Below are positions 34,947 through 41,072 of a stretch of DNA of 41,072 bases, piece after piece. Source of the DNA: Kagunavirus LF7074P1. Each line of letters begins with the position of its first letter. Positions within the stretch are counted from its first letter, which is position 1. Below the pieces are notes generated by a model. The model was not told the origin of the DNA. It was given only the letters and a program-made list of their open reading frames with translations, and did no database searches. The stretch lies in the sequence record OZ035752.1; one strand, written 5' to 3'. The translations under genes and the position numbers were made by a program.

Positions 34947-34972
34947 GGGCAGGCTTAAGGCCTGCCCTTTAG
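34947..34972 (+). terminator. terminator-like hairpin
   Basis: GGGCAGGC-TTAAG-GCCTGCCC followed by TTTAGTT. Confidence 0.5.
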
Positions 34973-35039
34973 TTACCAAGTAATAAGAATAAAGGCACAA
35001 CCTTCCCCGAAGAATCACAACGGCAACGTAACTAATCTC

Positions 35040-35068
35040 TTGCACACCCCAACATAATAGGATACTAT
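35040..35068 (+). promoter_or_regulatory. sigma70-like promoter with palindromic operator
   Basis: TTGCAC-17 bp-TACTAT; operator AATAG-N4-CTATT at 35056-35069; leader AAACGAGACAGAGGAG. Confidence 0.55.
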
Positions 35069-35102
35069 TCACTTATCGAAACGAGACAGAGGAGTGAGGG
35101 TT

Positions 35103-35285
35103 ATGTTTAAGAATGGTCAGTTGGTGAAAACAAAGCGCAGCCGGCAACACGTAATAGTTACCAAAGACGAGGATGAATATGGTGTTGTCGCCGTATTTAG
35201 CCTTATACGGAGGAAACATGGTTATGTTCGTCACGATAATTTAGAACTCATCGGCAACAATTTTAAATTCAAAGGGGCGAAGTGA
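35103..35285 (+). CDS. hypothetical early protein (60 aa)
   Basis: ATG 35103 with RBS GGAG 8 nt upstream (track start 35094 is GTG). Confidence 0.5.
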   Translation: MFKNGQLVKTKRSRQHVIVTKDEDEYGVVAVFSLIRRKHGYVRHDNLELIGNNFKFKGAK

Positions 35286-35476
35286 TGGGAGAATTAATTT
35301 ACGACGTATACGTCGACGGGGTCATAACAGAGACGACAAGTAATAAAGATTACGCAATAAAGCGGTATGTGTATTATGCCGCAGTGGTAGGAAGGATGGT
35401 AGAAGTGCGGGAGCAAACGGCATCGAATCATGATGCTCGTGCCGACGACTCTGAGGGAGGTTGCCGTGTTAAGTAA
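35285..35476 (+). CDS. hypothetical early protein (63 aa)
   Basis: ATG overlapping upstream stop (TGATG); RBS GGGG. Confidence 0.5.
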   Translation: MGELIYDVYVDGVITETTSNKDYAIKRYVYYAAVVGRMVEVREQTASNHDARADDSEGGCRVK

Positions 35477-35609
35477 ATACCGCATAGTTAGCGAGGAGTG
35501 GGTTACGTTGACGCGTTGTGAAAGCGTAAAGCAGGCTCGCTACTACATCGAGCATGGTTGCACCCGACGCGAGAAATCTAAAGTTATCGGAGTTATTAGC
35601 TATGAATAG
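35466..35609 (+). CDS. hypothetical small protein (47 aa)
   Basis: not in ORF track; GTG start with RBS GGGAGG. Confidence 0.35.
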   Translation: MLSKYRIVSEEWVTLTRCESVKQARYYIEHGCTRREKSKVIGVISYE

Positions 35610-35766
35610 CCGCACGTTTATTTTGAGAGAAGCATTTGAACGGTGGGCTGTGGTCGAGGGTCTGCCGGTTAACAAGGGTTCGAAGAAAGAGTACCTGAAC
35701 GTTAAGACGCGTCTCGCGTGGCGGGCGTGGAAAGCTGGTGTGTTGTCTGTTGCGAATCCGAGGTGA
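35602..35766 (+). CDS. hypothetical protein (54 aa)
   Basis: ATG 35602 overlapping upstream stop; track frame starts at 35554. Confidence 0.4.
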   Translation: MNSRTFILREAFERWAVVEGLPVNKGSKKEYLNVKTRLAWRAWKAGVLSVANPR

Positions 35767-35769
35767 GAT

Positions 35770-35970
35770 ATGAGCGAGTGGATTAAGTGTAGTGAGATGC
35801 TGCCAGGTAATGGGTATACGGATAAAGAGTTCCTGGTGTATGAAACGTTAAATAACGCAGTTCAGCACGATTATTACATAGTTCCTGATGACGGGAGAAA
35901 GCCTTTCTGGAATCACTACGATAAGTACGTGACGCACTGGATGCCGTTACCCGAGCCGCCAGAAGTGTGA
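35770..35970 (+). CDS. hypothetical protein with C-terminal THWMPLPEPP motif (DUF551-like)
   Basis: 66 aa; RBS GGTGAG; C-terminal W-x-P-L-P-x-P-P recalled from DUF551 phage proteins. Confidence 0.5.
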   Translation: MSEWIKCSEMLPGNGYTDKEFLVYETLNNAVQHDYYIVPDDGRKPFWNHYDKYVTHWMPLPEPPEV

Positions 35971-36104
35971 TGTTCAATAGTTTGGGATCTTACTGAGTGA
36001 CTTACGCTGCTACACAGCAGCGTACAACTTTAACTTAGTGTCGTCAAAAGGCGACACTTTCATCAAACGCAACAATCGAAGCGACTATTGCAGGAGATGC
36101 AACA

Positions 36105-36278
36105 ATGATTACTAAAGAACAGGCTGAACGACTAATCACGTTAATCGACACGATGATTGACGTAAAAACCGATTTAGCAACGGCAACAGAGGAATCCGCT
36201 ACCTGGTCGCTTGAAGAAAGAGAAGCAGAAGCGGAAAGGGAGTTACTGGCGTTCATCGACTCTATAACACACCAATAA
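36105..36278 (+). CDS. hypothetical small protein (57 aa)
   Basis: not in ORF track; RBS GGAG 10 nt upstream; preferred over antisense ORF 36044-36256. Confidence 0.4.
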   Translation: MITKEQAERLITLIDTMIDVKTDLATATEESATWSLEEREAEAERELLAFIDSITHQ

Positions 36279-36285
36279 AATTTAC

Positions 36286-36314
36286 TTGCACACTAAGATA
36301 GAATAGGCTACTAT
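36286..36314 (+). promoter_or_regulatory. sigma70-like promoter with palindromic operator
   Basis: TTGCAC-17 bp-TACTAT; operator GAATAG-N4-CTATTC at 36301-36316; leader AAACGAGAGGGGAG. Confidence 0.55.
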
Positions 36315-36345
36315 TCATTTACACAAACGAGAGGGGAGACAGAAT

Positions 36346-36474
36346 ATGAAAGATTATAGCGAAGTAACTTTAGGCGAGTTGCAGGACGAGTACGAAGATA
36401 TGCTCTACCCGTTCATCTGCGACGGGGACTACAACGGCGTCTATAACGGGGTGAGCGAAGAATATGAACACTAA
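36346..36474 (+). CDS. hypothetical small protein (42 aa)
   Basis: not in ORF track; RBS GGGGAG; overlaps next start. Confidence 0.4.
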   Translation: MKDYSEVTLGELQDEYEDMLYPFICDGDYNGVYNGVSEEYEH

Positions 36475-36922
36475 AAACGAAATATTCGAGTACCTGATCG
36501 ACCAACTACGGCAGCAGGTAAATAACAGCCGGAGCGAAGACCTGGCGCATGAGGTGCAGTCACTTAAGAATCAGTTACGTGATGCGTCGGCGCAGATTAA
36601 GGAGTTGCGTCTGGCGCTGGTCAAAGCTACGGGTGACGTGGAGGCGTACAAACTTATCCGCAAACAGGAGCAATCCGGTTGCCGTAAGGAAGACGTTCAG
36701 GAATGCGACCACAATTGGATTATCGCTCCCGGATTGTTTATTGCCGAAGGTCACAAGGATAACGTGCCAGGTAGTCGGTTTTGCCGTGAATGTGGTGCGC
36801 GTGAGTGGGACGACAAGGAATATAAACCTAAAAACGATACGCAGAAATGCAAACACGAGTGGAGTAGGTACATTGTACACCCTCACAGAAAGATATGTTT
36901 AGTATGCGGGGTGGAGGAATGA
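36464..36922 (+). CDS. hypothetical protein with C-terminal Cys/His-rich region
   Basis: 152 aa; N-terminal coiled-coil-like; C-terminal C..C...H..C..C pattern. Confidence 0.55.
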   Translation: MNTKNEIFEYLIDQLRQQVNNSRSEDLAHEVQSLKNQLRDASAQIKELRLALVKATGDVEAYKLIRKQEQSGCRKEDVQECDHNWIIAPGLFIAEGHKDNVPGSRFCRECGAREWDDKEYKPKNDTQKCKHEWSRYIVHPHRKICLVCGVEE

Positions 36923-37122
36923 CCAGCATCTTATTTATCTGGGTGCTGTCCACGGGTCAGATGCAACTAGCGGCATCAGAAACGTTTTACTCGATGGAGG
37001 CGTGCCAGTCCGCGGCACGCGCCGCAGAGAACGCACACTTCCTGTTTCAGGGCGACAAGCCCAACGATTCAGAGGTGCGCGCTATCTGCTCACCTAAGCG
37101 ACTTGGTAAACAGGAGAAGTGA
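36919..37122 (+). CDS. hypothetical protein with N-terminal hydrophobic segment (67 aa)
   Basis: ATG 36919 with RBS GGAGG; ILFIWVLSTG hydrophobic N-terminus. Confidence 0.5.
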   Translation: MTSILFIWVLSTGQMQLAASETFYSMEACQSAARAAENAHFLFQGDKPNDSEVRAICSPKRLGKQEK

Positions 37123-37124
37123 TT

Positions 37125-37328
37125 GTGGCGCAGAGATATTTATTACAAGGCGGTTTAATTGGACCGCACGATGCAGGTGATTGGGTTGGCTATGAAGATT
37201 ACGCAAAACTTGAGGCCGCCGTTATCGCATTACTTGCGGACATAAACCGACGCTACCCTGGAGAAGGGTTTAAGTGCCCGTTAATACTTAAACTCGCGGA
37301 GATTGTGGAACATGAGCCTGGCAACTGA
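37125..37328 (+). CDS. hypothetical protein
   Basis: GTG 37125 with RBS AGGAG 8 nt upstream (track start GTG 37119 too close to RBS). Confidence 0.45.
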   Translation: MAQRYLLQGGLIGPHDAGDWVGYEDYAKLEAAVIALLADINRRYPGEGFKCPLILKLAEIVEHEPGN

Positions 37329-37605
37329 CATCCTTAAACGCAGCGGCCTTGCGCCGCTGTCGCCGAGAGCTAAAACACAGATATACAAGCGCCGCCGTAA
37401 TGCACTGTACCCCGAGATTCAGGCCAGGCGCAAAGCGGTCCGCGCCTGTGGATTCCAGAACGGGAAGGCCGTGAATCTCGGTGAGTTTAAAACGCAGGAA
37501 CGTGCAGCTATCGCTAATCGGCTATTTAATTACTGGAAATCGCTGGGGTACGTGGATATTCCGACGAAACCACAGAGACGACAATACATCTGGCGGCATA
37601 AATAA
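37312..37605 (+). CDS. hypothetical basic protein
   Basis: ATG 37312 (track start 37303 is TTG). Confidence 0.5.
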   Translation: MSLATDILKRSGLAPLSPRAKTQIYKRRRNALYPEIQARRKAVRACGFQNGKAVNLGEFKTQERAAIANRLFNYWKSLGYVDIPTKPQRRQYIWRHK

Positions 37606-37635
37606 ACCGTTATTAAGATAATTCCTACCCGTGGT

Positions 37636-37675
37636 ATCCTCCAGTTACTGCATACTTAATACGCACCTGGAGGAT
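37636..37675 (+). promoter_or_regulatory. SD-sequestering inverted repeat upstream of holin gene
   Basis: ATCCTCCAG (37636-37644) complementary to CTGGAGGAT (37667-37675), which contains the GGAGGA RBS of the TTG start at 37681. Confidence 0.45.
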
Positions 37676-37680
37676 TCATC

Positions 37681-37989
37681 TTGGATAAATTTACTGAAAC
37701 AGTGACAGGCTGGCTTCTCGCCGCCGCGCTCGCCGGAGGGGTCATCGGACTACGACAACATAAGTCCGTTATTTCTGGCCCTATCGACGGATTCTGCTTT
37801 ATTGCTACTGGTTTCGCCTGCGCTGTATTTGGCGCACCTCTCGCGGCTCAATGGTTCGGTATCACGGGCGACCGTGAAATCGCTGGCCTTGGCTTCATCA
37901 TCGCTATTCTCTGGATGCCTATCTATTCCCGTCTCTCCAGTATCGTCGCTGGAGAATACATCGCACGTCGAGGAGGCACAGATGAATGA
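37681..37989 (+). CDS. holin (putative)
   Basis: 102 aa, TTG start; multiple hydrophobic segments; upstream of endolysin. Confidence 0.55.
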   Translation: MDKFTETVTGWLLAAALAGGVIGLRQHKSVISGPIDGFCFIATGFACAVFGAPLAAQWFGITGDREIAGLGFIIAILWMPIYSRLSSIVAGEYIARRGGTDE

Positions 37990-38254
37990 GTTATTCTGGT
38001 TCGGCGGTATGCTGGCAATCGGCGGCACATCGCTGTTTAATGTATACCATCCGAGCGTGGATGACGGGCTATTTGGTCGGGTGCTCTATATCCTGACTGC
38101 TATCGTCTGCGCTGCCGGATGTATCCACCTGTTACAGGGCAGCATGTCGCCGACGCTGCCTGAGACATTAATCACATTAGTTGCGCTGCGTCAGATTCGT
38201 CAGGCGTGGCTGTCATACGGAGGACATAAGCGTGTCTCGAAACATTTCAGATAA
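37982..38254 (+). CDS. small membrane protein (second holin/antiholin-like)
   Basis: 90 aa from ATG 37982 (RBS GGAGG); hydrophobic segments; overlaps holin end and endolysin start. Confidence 0.45.
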   Translation: MNELFWFGGMLAIGGTSLFNVYHPSVDDGLFGRVLYILTAIVCAAGCIHLLQGSMSPTLPETLITLVALRQIRQAWLSYGGHKRVSKHFR

Positions 38255-38720
38255 TGGATTGCATTTTACCGCCGCGTTTGAGGGGTTCCGCGGAACTGCG
38301 TATCGTGCTACGCCATCGGAAAAATACTTAACTATAGGCTACGGTCATTACGGGCCGGACGTGGCCCCAGGCAAGACCATCACGCCAGGGCAAGGCCTCC
38401 TGTTACTGAACCGTGATATGGCTAAGGCCGTAGCTGCGGTTGACGCAGCGGCGCACCATTCGCTAACACAGGCGCAGTTTGATGCAGTGTGCGACCTGGT
38501 CTATAACGCGGGGGCCGGCGTTATTTCGGCTACTACCGGTACAGGTAAGGCACTGCGCTCCGGTGATATCGCGACGTTACGGGCTAAACTGGCGCTGTTC
38601 ATCAACCAGAACGGCAAACCGTTACTGGGCCTTCGCCGCCGTACCGCCGGTCGCCTGGCGCTGTTTGACGGTAAACCGTGGCAAGAGGCGGAGGCTATCG
38701 GGCGCGCGGTGAAAGGTTGA
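38232..38720 (+). CDS. endolysin (lysozyme-like)
   Basis: 162 aa from GTG 38232 (RBS GGAGG 8 nt upstream); FTAAFEGFRG..YLTIGYGH resembles T4-lysozyme catalytic region. Confidence 0.7.
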   Translation: MSRNISDNGLHFTAAFEGFRGTAYRATPSEKYLTIGYGHYGPDVAPGKTITPGQGLLLLNRDMAKAVAAVDAAAHHSLTQAQFDAVCDLVYNAGAGVISATTGTGKALRSGDIATLRAKLALFINQNGKPLLGLRRRTAGRLALFDGKPWQEAEAIGRAVKG

Positions 38721-38786
38721 CACCCAAGACTAATCCGATGATACTTAAATCACCTCCTGTTCCATCCCTCTGCTCTCCAGTTTTAT

Positions 38787-38818
38787 CCCGGCCCTGACCC
38801 AGCCGGGATTTTTTTTAT
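38787..38818 (+). terminator. intrinsic terminator
   Basis: CCCGGC-n9-GCCGGG stem followed by ATTTTTTTTAT. Confidence 0.85.
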
Positions 38819-38838
38819 CTATTTTCTGCAATGACTAG

Positions 38839-38867
38839 TTGACTATTATCCTAGACCCTACTATATT
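38839..38867 (+). promoter_or_regulatory. sigma70-like promoter
   Basis: TTGACT-17 bp-TATATT; leader CGACAACGAGAACGGAG similar to other early leaders. Confidence 0.55.
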
Positions 38868-38900
38868 TACTTCATCGACAACGAGAACGGAGTAGAGAAG

Positions 38901-39050
38901 ATGAAAATCACAGATACCGAAGCATTCGAAGACGCGCAACTGATGGCGCGCATTGCCGTTAGTCACCGGGGTGGGAGCATTCCCGCGGACTCGTTCTGGT
39001 TCGCTGCGATGCAGACACTGAAAGCAGCTTATGCAGGAGAGAAGAAATGA
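38901..39050 (+). CDS. hypothetical small protein (49 aa)
   Basis: not in ORF track; RBS GGAG; ATGA overlap with next gene. Confidence 0.4.
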   Translation: MKITDTEAFEDAQLMARIAVSHRGGSIPADSFWFAAMQTLKAAYAGEKK

Positions 39051-39241
39051 AAAATATAGTCCCAGAAGTCGGTAAAGGTTGCTTCGTTGTTTCTTATTTC
39101 GATGGGGACGAGTACGTTGATTGCGGCCAGTTTCATCAATCTGGTGATGCTGGTGCTTACGCCGCGAAGTTAGTAGGTACTACGCCACTGGAAGACATTC
39201 GTATTGTATTCAATATGGAACTTGCAGGAGATAAGAAATGA
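39047..39241 (+). CDS. hypothetical protein (64 aa)
   Basis: ORF with ATGA overlaps on both sides. Confidence 0.5.
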   Translation: MKNIVPEVGKGCFVVSYFDGDEYVDCGQFHQSGDAGAYAAKLVGTTPLEDIRIVFNMELAGDKK

Positions 39242-39396
39242 GCGAACACGGTGAAGTAAGCCAACCATTACGAGTAGGCCGTAAAGTCAGTCACACCCCG
39301 TTCCCGACACGCGAGGAACTGATGAAACGTAATAGTTTCCCGGGGCCGGACAAGAACAAGTATCTCAATCGCATGTGGGGAGAGCGTAAAGAATGA
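39238..39396 (+). CDS. hypothetical small protein (52 aa)
   Basis: not in ORF track; start/stop overlap coupling. Confidence 0.4.
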   Translation: MSEHGEVSQPLRVGRKVSHTPFPTREELMKRNSFPGPDKNKYLNRMWGERKE

Positions 39397-39566
39397 CTAA
39401 CAACGAATACGAGAAACTTAGCGTCGAATCTGCGACCGGTGAATCAGAAATAGCATGGATTGACGCCCACATTGAGCACTACTTACGGCAAGTAGACGCC
39501 CTTATGGAACGCCGCCGCGAGCTGATTAACCGCTTCAACCTGAACAAAGGTGACACCAATGCCTAA
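39393..39566 (+). CDS. hypothetical small protein (57 aa)
   Basis: not in ORF track; ATGA overlap. Confidence 0.4.
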   Translation: MTNNEYEKLSVESATGESEIAWIDAHIEHYLRQVDALMERRRELINRFNLNKGDTNA

Positions 39567-39762
39567 AATCACAATCGCATCACTCGAGCGCCGTATTCTG
39601 GTGCTTGAGTCAGAGAAACAGACGTTAGGCGGACAACTGTCAATTAACGGTGAGTTTCAGCTGGAGGCGTTTAAGTTGTTGCTCGGGAAATTGAAGGAAG
39701 AAGAGCAGAAGCTACTACTCTCCCCTGAGTTCGATTACGGTGTTGATGATGAAAGCGCCTGA
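39559..39762 (+). CDS. hypothetical protein
   Basis: ATG 39559 with RBS GGTGA (track start 39550 is GTG). Confidence 0.45.
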   Translation: MPKITIASLERRILVLESEKQTLGGQLSINGEFQLEAFKLLLGKLKEEEQKLLLSPEFDYGVDDESA

Positions 39763-39931
39763 ACCCGTAGTTATCGATGGCGTCCTGTGGAAACCATACT
39801 CGGTTAACCACATCGACGCCGACGGGAAGAAGTTCAGCTTCTACATTTTTGCAATTAGCCGTGAGCACGCCGCTTGTGTGGTTGATGATATACGAGAAAC
39901 AGCGTGGCTTGGCGATGAGATAGTGGGGTGA
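39746..39931 (+). CDS. hypothetical protein
   Basis: ORF overlapping upstream stop; start uncertain (GTG 39740 / ATG 39746). Confidence 0.4.
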   Translation: MMKAPEPVVIDGVLWKPYSVNHIDADGKKFSFYIFAISREHAACVVDDIRETAWLGDEIVG

Positions 39932-39933
39932 GT

Positions 39934-40104
39934 ATGTTCAGTGACATTAACACGGCAATCGAAGAAGCAATCTGGCGCCGCTACAACGGCGAGCAACAAC
40001 GGCACTTTTGCCTGGTGCAACGCGGTGACATGGTTGCCGTAGTGCAGGACCGCGATAACAAATATCCGAATGCGATGTGGACAACGAGGAATTTTGTAGG
40101 ATGA
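39934..40104 (+). CDS. hypothetical small protein (56 aa)
   Basis: not in ORF track; stop overlaps next ATG. Confidence 0.4.
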   Translation: MFSDINTAIEEAIWRRYNGEQQRHFCLVQRGDMVAVVQDRDNKYPNAMWTTRNFVG

Positions 40105-40337
40105 TTACCAGCATTCCGAACCTGATTAAAGAATACGGCACGATGGCGGAGACATGCCGACAAACCGGCATCAACGAAATGACGATTGCGAAGTACAGCA
40201 AAGACGTTGATTGTGAGCGGCATGTAATTTATAACAACCGTCTGATGACGCACGTTAAGACAAGCCCGGTGTTATTCACGCGCCGGGGTATCACTAAAAC
40301 AGAGCAACGAATCGCTAAAGAGGAGAGCGGGGAATGA
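40101..40337 (+). CDS. hypothetical protein with HTH-like segment
   Basis: 78 aa from ATG 40101 (track 40077); TMAETCRQTGINEMTIAKY resembles a helix-turn-helix. Confidence 0.45.
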   Translation: MITSIPNLIKEYGTMAETCRQTGINEMTIAKYSKDVDCERHVIYNNRLMTHVKTSPVLFTRRGITKTEQRIAKEESGE

Positions 40338-40435
40338 GACTGCTAACCATTCCGAATGCCTGGGCTATTGCCGTAGCTAACGACCATTACGGCGGCGATG
40401 GTAAAAGAGCACCACGACATGGCCTATACAACTGA
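40334..40435 (+). CDS. hypothetical small protein (33 aa)
   Basis: ATGA overlap with upstream gene; ends just before terminator hairpin. Confidence 0.25.
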   Translation: MRLLTIPNAWAIAVANDHYGGDGKRAPRHGLYN

Positions 40436-40438
40436 TAC

Positions 40439-40460
40439 AAGCCCTCTACGGAGGGCTTTT
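40439..40460 (+). terminator. intrinsic terminator
   Basis: AAGCCCTC-TACG-GAGGGCTT followed by TTCTGT. Confidence 0.6.
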
Positions 40461-40461
40461 C

Positions 40462-40491
40462 TGTACATCCCGCCCAATCCCCTTATATAAT
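40462..40491 (+). promoter_or_regulatory. promoter-like element upstream of terS
   Basis: TGTACA-18 bp-TATAAT (perfect -10 at 40486-40491). Confidence 0.4.
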
Positions 40492-40497
40492 CCCTTT

Positions 40498-40539
40498 AGA
40501 CGCGTAGGGCGCGTCTGATGCGCTCTGATGGTCAGACGC
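40498..40539 (+). repeat. overlapping inverted/direct repeats upstream of terS
   Basis: AGACGCG-TAGGG-CGCGTCT (40498-40516) shares arm with GCGTCTGA-n13-TCAGACGC (40511-40539); tandem GTCTGATG/CTCTGATG. Confidence 0.5.
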
Positions 40540-40556
40540 ATACGAAAGGGGATTCT

Positions 40557-41072
40557 ATGAAGCTGAAACTCAAGCAGCCATCGCCAGAGGTGGTGCAAGC
40601 TGCACATGAAGAAGCTGTTAGCGCAAACCGTCGACGTAAACGACCGCGCGGTAAACAGAGCCTTTATCAATCGTCCCGTAATTCCGCCGCGTTGTGGGAC
40701 CCGGACTATTGCGACGAATTGATTCGTTTCTTCGACCGCACGTCATGGGAGTCTATGCCGACCGGTGCACACGGAGACTACAAAGCTGTCATTGCGGACA
40801 AGCCACCGTCACTGGCCCGCTTTGCATTGCACATCGGCGTCACTATCCCGATTATTAAGTTGTGGCTGCGTGAGATTCCAGCTTTTGCAGAAGCATATGA
40901 AACAGCACAGGCGCTGGAAGAGGCATACTTCACTGAGACGGGGGCCGCGGGTATCTCCGCTACGTTTGCTGCCGCGAAGCTGGGCCTCGGTAAAGAGAAA
41001 CCAGTTGAATCTACAGAAGAAACAGCACCGACTGAGATTATTTTCAGTGTTGCAGAGCCTGTAGGTAAAATC
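40557..41072 (+). CDS. terS: terminase small subunit (partial, continues beyond window end)
   Basis: open frame of 172 codons from ATG 40557 (RBS AAAGGGGA) with no stop before window end; WDPDYCDELIRFF...PIIKLWLREIPAFAEAYETAQ resembles Terminase_2-type small subunits; would precede terL on a circular map. Confidence 0.65.
   Translation, partial: MKLKLKQPSPEVVQAAHEEAVSANRRRKRPRGKQSLYQSSRNSAALWDPDYCDELIRFFDRTSWESMPTGAHGDYKAVIADKPPSLARFALHIGVTIPIIKLWLREIPAFAEAYETAQALEEAYFTETGAAGISATFAAAKLGLGKEKPVESTEETAPTEIIFSVAEPVGKI

Noticed and set aside
36044-36256. 70-aa minus-strand ORF
   Set aside because: Overlaps the plus-strand ORF 36105-36278, which has an RBS and fits the rightward operon; minus-strand version has no start signals.
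40765-41064. 99-aa plus-strand ORF
   Set aside because: Alternative frame inside the terS-like reading frame, which is open from 40557 to the window end and shows TerS-like sequence.
1-41072. CRISPR array or mobile element (IS/transposon)
   Set aside because: Repeats are single hairpins or promoter-associated palindromes, not regularly spaced repeat-spacer arrays; no transposase or integrase-like ORF and no flanking long inverted repeats.

Overview
This 41 kb window looks like a near-complete genome of a tailed dsDNA phage with siphovirus-type gene order; all calls are from reading the sequence and ORF track, with no database search. Left to right: plus-strand morphogenesis module (terL 30-1280, portal, head genes, displaced Rz/Rz1-like spanin pair 4702-5197, scaffold, capsid, head-tail genes, major tail, G/GT chaperones with a likely -1 frameshift, tape measure, minor tail and tip proteins, sialidase-like tailspike 20149-23103); minus-strand replication/early module 23132-34620 (TOPRIM protein, SNF2-like helicase, VRR-NUC, family A DNA polymerase, SSB-like, Cas4-like exonuclease, primase-helicase, small HTH proteins); plus-strand small early ORFs; lysis cassette 37681-38720; and a partial terS-like ORF running off the right end (40557-41072). 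No tRNA, rRNA, CRISPR array, integrase or transposase was recognised. The gene order resembles Jersey-like siphoviruses from memory only. Best candidate for an undescribed system: a four-gene minus-strand operon inside the tail module (10599-13016) encoding an Imm-like membrane protein, an HTH-fused Mre11/SbcD-like metallophosphoesterase, a HAD phosphatase and a P-loop kinase, with its own operator-bearing promoter. Second: a 14-bp palindromic operator (AATAG-N4-CTATT) overlapping the -10 of at least six sigma70-like promoters on both strands, several sharing a leader AAACGAGAGGAG. Also two promoter-to-terminator units without long ORFs (4449-4683, 34718-34972) and an SD-sequestering hairpin before the holin gene. 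Coordinates of short motifs were counted by hand and may be off by 1-2 nt.
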